DNA from: Heteronotia binoei
Taxonomy: Eukaryota
DNA: 64,000 nucleotides
Direction of reading: 5' to 3'
Assembly (NCBI RefSeq): GCF_032191835.1
Contig: NC_083223.1
Span: forward strand, 74,586,001 to 74,650,000
Of this stretch, positions 58,627-64,000 are shown in pieces (the stretch's first letter is position 1; each line of letters begins with the position of its first letter). The position numbers were made by a program, and so were the translations under genes. The notes beneath the pieces were generated by a model. That model ran no database searches and was not told the origin of the DNA. It saw only the letters and a list, made by a program, of their open reading frames with translations.

Positions 58627-59644
58627 GTTATCACTGATAACGACACAGTACATGTCTATATTAACACTCAATGTCCATTAACTGTCCTCATAAATTCAGC
58701 ACTATGAACACAGTGCTGGCAACATTTTGATGATAATTCTGAAACAGAATCACGTACTAGATAATGGGGTGAATCCCACCCTGACCTACACTGCACTGAG
58801 CAAAGTTGGACGCCTTCCTCCAGCCTAAGGACCCTTCTTCAACTTGAGTGGCTTACATTGGTGGAAGAGACTAAGACAGTTAAATCAGAAGAAGGCTCCT
58901 TAAGCTGGAGGAAAATTGCTTGGAAGATTATTAAATTATATCAATGGAAGGATGGGTGAGTCCAGTGTGTGTTTTTATGTCTGAACAGTGTAGCATGGAG
59001 AAATGAATAGAAAGGACACCAGAGGTTTAGTGAAAAGGATACAACAGTCGCATAAAATGATGTTTATTAAGATAACTGAAATAAGAACATCAGGTTCCTT
59101 CAGGGGCCTTACTGAGTAGCAGGCCAGAGTGCATGAGCTTTTCAGCGTCCTTTTGGCTGCACGTCTGTAGCCTAAAACAGGGAACCTTTTTTAGCCAGAA
59201 AACACTGCTGGAGAGGAAGGAGAATATCAAGAACTGCTCTGGAATTAAAATTAGAGACTAATGGCATGCATAATTCCAGGGCAAGCTGGCATTTGGACTA
59301 TTTGTGCTTTGCTGGCCCAAGTGTTCAGTGCAGTAAGGGTCAACATGATGTTTGACACAGTCACATGATCTATTGATGTTGGCAGTCTCCTCCTCTGGGA
59401 AAAGCAGGAATCAAAATATTCAGAACTCTAATTTGCATATATGTACCACTTAGTCAGACTAAAATGTTCTTAGATATAAAACAATTTAGCCATACTGAAT
59501 TTTTGCCTCAGTTGGTTCATGGCTTAAACCTTGCTAATGCATCTTCATTGATTATAGCTTCAAACTTTGAGCTACTGTATTATTTTATTTGAAAGTTCTT
59601 CAATGCAGAAATGGCCACAATTTCAAGAAAACAGATTAGTCATC

Positions 59645-59780
59645 CTTAAGAAGTTAATTCCAGAGAGTAGCTGCATCAGTCAGCTGCAGTAAAAAACAAC
59701 AACAGTCTTTGGCACCTTAAAGACTAACAGATTTATTGTAGCATAAGCTTTCATTAGTCAGAGAATACTTCATCACCTCT
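59645..59780 (-). mobile_element. Penelope-like terminal fragment, degenerate hammerhead (another very decayed copy at ~27455-27625)
   Basis: ggcaccttaaagactaacagatttattgtagcataagctttca...cttcatcac; the core reads GTGATGA with a disrupted stem II. Confidence 0.7.
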
Positions 59781-59959
59781 GATCAAAGTAGGATCTAGCT
59801 TGCAAATGCTTATGGCACAAGATTCTTGTTAAGAAATGAACAATTTTCTTTCCAAATGTTAAGCAGTAGTAAGGCACCTACACATACACTCCCATATCTA
59901 TGTACAAGTTGAATCCTCTTGATCGTTACAGTCATCTTTGGAGGCCCCACTACTACCTC

Positions 59960-60327
59960 GGAGGCCCCACCAATACAGTCATCTTTGGAGGCCCCTCCCC
60001 TGAGATTAGGGGAGTGGCAATTTGGGAGAAGGTCTTCCTGGCCATGGCACCAAAGCTCTGGAACTCTCTCACACAACAAGGGAGATTCACCTGTCCCCTT
60101 CTGTTGATGTCTTCTGCAAGAGGGTGAAGACTGTTTTGTTTCACTTTGGCATTCCCTTGATGATCCCTCTTTCTTAACTGATATTTTAATGTTTTTAACT
60201 CTTTAAAAATTTGTTTTAATGATGTACATTTTAAATATGTTTTTATTATAATGGTTTTATAATGTAATTTTACCATGTATTGTAAACTGTCAGCCACCTT
60301 GGCATCCCATGTACAAACAGAAAGGCA

Positions 60328-60366
<39 letters not shown>
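59960..60366 (+). mobile_element. L2-like LINE 3' fragment ending in (TA)n
   Basis: KVFLAMAPKLWNSL resembles the L2/CR1 RT C-terminal motif; T-rich UTR, then cagccaccttggcatcc...ggcagg and (TA)n. Confidence 0.6.
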
Positions 60367-60368
<2 letters not shown>

Positions 60369-60742
60369 AAATAATAAATAATAAGTTACAAACACTATAA
60401 TTTAATATTTTTTCTTATGGTACTAAAGACAATTTAATACTCAAATGTGTTTTTGGTTTTCTGTTTTCAATTAGGACACTTATGAAACTTCAAAGAGAGA
60501 AAGATGGATTACTTTTTGAAAGTTACGTGAATGCTTGTTACCATTAAATACAACATTTATTAATTCTTCCTAATAAGCAATGCATTTTAGTCACAGTTTA
60601 TATTTAGCAAGAAAAATATTATATTAACTCCAGATATCTTTAAAATACTTTGGTTTGGATCCATCCCTTTTGTGAATGGAATGAGAGCTTATGGAAAAAA
60701 TCCTTCCCAATGCAGCACCTAACCAGCATGCTGCCTAAAAAA

Positions 60743-61519
60743 CATAAGAACATAAGAGAAGCCATGTTGGATCAGGCCAATGGCCCATTCAGTCCAACAC
60801 TCTGTGTCACACAGTGACCAAAAAAACCCAAGTGCCATCAAGAGGTTCACCAGTGGGGCCAGACGCCCTTCCACTGTGCCCCCCCCACCCCAAGCACAAG
60901 AATACAGAGCATCACTGCCCCAGACAGAGAGTTCCAACAATAAGCTGTGGCTAATAGCCACTGATAGACCTCTGCTTCATATGCTTCTCCATTCCCTTCT
61001 TGAAGCTGCCAACACCTCCTGCGGCAGTGAATTCCACATGTTAATCATCCTTTGGGTGAAGAAGTACTTCCTTTTATCAGTTCTAACCCAACTGCTCAGC
61101 AATTTCATTGAATGCCCACGAGTTCTTGTACTGTGAGAAAGGGAGAGAAGTACTTCTTTCTCTACCTTCTCTATCCCATGCATAATCTTGTAAACCTCTA
61201 TCATGTCACCCTGCAGTTGATGTTTCTCCAAGCTAAAGAGCCCCAAGCGTTTTCTTCATAGGGAAAGTGTTCCAACCCTTTAATCAATTCTAGTTGCTCT
61301 TTTCTGGACTTTTTTCAATGCTATAATATCCTTTTTGAGGTGCAGTGACCAGAATTGTACACAGTACTCCAAAAGAGGCCACACCATCGATTTATGCAGG
61401 GGCATTATGATACTGGCTGATTTGTTTTCAATTCCCTTCCTAATAATTCCCAGCATGGCATTGGCCTTTTATTGCAATCACCCACTGTCTTGACATTTTC
61501 AGTGAGTTATCTACCACGA
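60743..61519 (-). mobile_element. 5'-truncated CR1 LINE with intact 3' end
   Basis: ORF 60977-61246 gives LFSLEK..L.GDMIEVYKIMHG...TRGH..KL...RKYFFTQR..N.WNSLP; terminal (tcttatgt)n; the 5' portion matches window positions 1-75. Confidence 0.93.
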
Positions 61520-61603
61520 TAAACAGTTCATGAGAGTGCTCAAGAACAGCATAAGGTGCTGTAACAGGAAATGGAACCTGAAGAAATTATTCACAGCTCC
61601 TAC

Positions 61604-61695
61604 ACCTTCTTTAGCTTGGAGAAACGTCAACTGTGGGGTGACATGACAGAGGTTTACAAGATTATGCATGGGATAGAGAAGGTAGAGAAAGAAAG
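61604..61695 (+). mobile_element. Short CR1 fragment inverted relative to the adjacent CR1
   Basis: ctttagcttggagaaacgtcaactg...ggtagagaaagaa is the reverse complement of ~61150-61240. Confidence 0.85.
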
Positions 61696-62798
61696 TTCTG
61701 AAAAAGCAGAGTAAAAGTTTGCACAAATATGTGTTTCAGGGGCAGAAAGGGTTCTGCCAGTTCTGCTTTCTCCCTATAGCACGCTGTGCTATATATTGTT
61801 CCTGAGGGTCCCCTCCTTTTCAACAGCAGTTTTTCTGGGCAATACATGAGACTGCACTGGGAAGGGGAAAGTGACCAAGATTCCTTCTATAATCTCACCC
61901 TGCTTATGAAAGCATTGAATCCAGTCCTCTTACAGAAAACAGAAAGGTAAATGCTTGAGAATACAGGGAAAAGGTTCACATTTCAGTAGGCCATAAGGTT
62001 GTATAGTTTCAGATGTAGATGTGCAACCTATTACTCTATTAACTATGCACAATTGATTCAAGAATATGCTTGTACAGACAATTTGGATTTCCATCACATA
62101 TTTAGTACATTTGAATCCTGTTCTCCCTCCAAGGACCTTAGGAGTGCATCTGGCTCTCCTTTGTTATAAGAACCCGGTCTTGTAGGTATAGTGTGACTGG
62201 CCCAAGTACACCCAGCAGGCTTCAAGGCAGAGTGGAGATCTGAACCCAGATCTCCCAGGTCCTAGTCATTCTAACTATTACGCTAAGATCTGCACGCAAG
62301 TTGCTTGGGCAAGGACAGCAGGTGTTCTCTCAGAACCCAACCCAAGTGCCCTCAGATTAACACTTTACTATAACAAGAACTAAACTTCCCAATTTTCCTG
62401 AAAATTAACACAAAATTAACACATGTGCAATTAAAGAGCCTTTCCTGGATGCATTCTCCAGAACAGTCTCTTACAACAGCACAAGGCTCCTTGCACCGGT
62501 GGAAAGTGCCATCATTAGTAAAATAAATCACTGATAGATTAAACTATTATTACTGATATCACCATGTTCTGCCAGAGTAAAATAAATACATCAATGGGTG
62601 CAGCAACAAGTCAGTCTATCAGTGCGGTTTACAAATATAATGTTCTGTACTAAAGGATGCTGTTCCCATTCAAAGGTGTTCAAGGCTTCTGTGAAATATG
62701 TATTAAAATATAACAGGAAAGGCTGAGTAAGAGCCCTTATTAAGATATGCCAGTCATTCCTATCCTCTGCACAGATATGCATGCAGAATCATACTCAC

Positions 62799-62894
62799 AG
62801 GTTCTCCTGGAATGGAAAGTCCATTTGGCCCCTGTGGACCTGGTGGGCCTTGAGGGCCAGAAGCACCCGTGTCTCCACGAGGTCCTAGTGGCCC
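62799..62894 (-). CDS. COL12A1: Collagen XII exon (COL2), 96 bp, [32 protein letters not shown]
   Basis: tttaag acceptor and GTGAG donor; contains [13 protein letters not shown] with the FACIT triplet imperfection; in frame with both neighbours. Confidence 0.95.
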
Positions 62895-63715
62895 CTTAAA
62901 GAGAAAAAAGTTTATTAGCCTTTGGTGTCTTACAAAGTTGTATCTAAATAAGATCAATCCGTTTCAATTGATGTCAATGGCTTTTCAAATGGTGATGGAA
63001 ATTATCAAATAACTAATAATCTAAAATTTTCATTATCTCCTGGCTCTCCAGATAATAATAATATAAGCAGAAATCCTATAAGCCATTGGGGGAGAAAAGG
63101 TTGCCTTGTCAGTTAAGTGTATCACTTTGTGAACAAGTCATTTGAATATGCTACTGAAGCAGTGTTAGATAAAGGACAGGGATGTGCTACTTCAAAATAT
63201 GTCAGAAATGTAAGTGCAGTTTCTTCTGGCATTAATTGAAAAAATAATTTTTCCATTATTCAGAAAATTAATGTATTCTCAAGTTTCTCCTCAGAGAACT
63301 ATGTGGATAACTAATCCCACATATCTTCCTTGAAAAGGGAAGAACAATGCAGTGGAACTGAACCAATTGCTTACATTGCCTCTATCCTTATTCTAGGATC
63401 CCCTACTGTGAATGAACCAAAGACAGGAAATGTATGACGCTATTTGCACAATATAAAGAGGCAAACGTGGGTATACTGCAACATGTATAATCAACAGGAT
63501 CTGCAGTCAGTTACAGTTTTCTGACAAGCACAGAAACATAATACATTTGTTTGTAAATGTATTTTGTCACATTTATGCTTTACACTTCTAGATATTCTTA
63601 CATATAAATCAAATATGTAATACAAATACTTAAGCTAAAAATATATTAACCAGTTTAGATTTTCAGTATTCAAAATGTAAGACAAAATATTAACATACTA
63701 TACACAAAGACTTAC

Positions 63716-63769
63716 AGGAGGTCCACTTGCGCCTCTTTCACCTCTTGGTCCCTTAGCACCTGGGCCTCC
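63716..63769 (-). CDS. COL12A1: Collagen XII alpha-1 coding exon (COL2 domain), 54 bp, GGPGAKGPRGERGASGPP
   Basis: AG acceptor at 63771-63770 and GTAAG donor at 63715-63711; 54-bp Gly-X-Y exon; peptide matches the recalled vertebrate COL12A1 GGPGAKGPRGERG segment. Confidence 0.93.
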
Positions 63770-64000
63770 CTAAAATAATAACATCAAACATACCACTTTG
63801 GCCTGAAGAATGCAAAATTACATATTATACATCCAGAAAAATATTCATTGCCCCAATTACCATGGGGCTATGTAATATGCCCCATACAATGTAAGCATTC
63901 TCCACTCAATGTAAGGTGTTGTGAGCTACCTCCTGGTGACAGCTGGGTATGTATATCTTTTCAGAAACTCAAATGAAATAGCAGAGTCAATTGCCTAATT

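Noticed and set aside
35160-62850. Gly-X-Y interruptions (GESRSG, GLSIPG) as lineage-specific collagen defects
   Set aside because: These are the normal FACIT imperfections of collagen XII COL1/COL2 and match the recalled orthologs.

Overview
Vertebrate genomic DNA, very probably a squamate reptile (a Sauria SINE and gecko-type tRNA-derived SINEs are present). The right half holds the 3' end of COL12A1 (collagen XII alpha 1) on the minus strand. I traced 12 in-frame GT-AG coding exons from 63769 down to a stop at 32029. They cover the end of COL2, NC2, COL1, the FACIT C-x4-C motif and the long NC1 tail, and are followed by a 3' UTR. The acceptor of the short-NC1 isoform appears to fall inside an N-gap (33668-33808). 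The 13-kb intron contains a young, CpG-rich DIRS1-type tyrosine-recombinase retrotransposon (about 44063-49491). It carries gag, RT/RNaseH/methyltransferase and YR ORFs, with YR in a frame that overlaps nearly all of pol. The only coding breaks I found are two +1 homopolymer slips and a 5' deletion that removes the left terminal repeat body and the gag start. Introns also hold Penelope-type terminal fragments with minimal hammerhead ribozyme motifs (one with an intact core, in host-sense orientation), a ~430-bp fold-back, a Tc1 MITE and a hAT MITE with tandem 22-bp hairpins. The left half is intergenic: CR1 LINE fragments, SINEs, many hAT MITEs with 8-bp TSDs, a solo LTR and several AP-1/RUNX/FOX motif clusters. 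Almost all other ORFs in the supplied track are spurious. I found no convincingly new biological system. The most notable items are unusual instances of known ones. All similarities to named families come from memory, not from a search.
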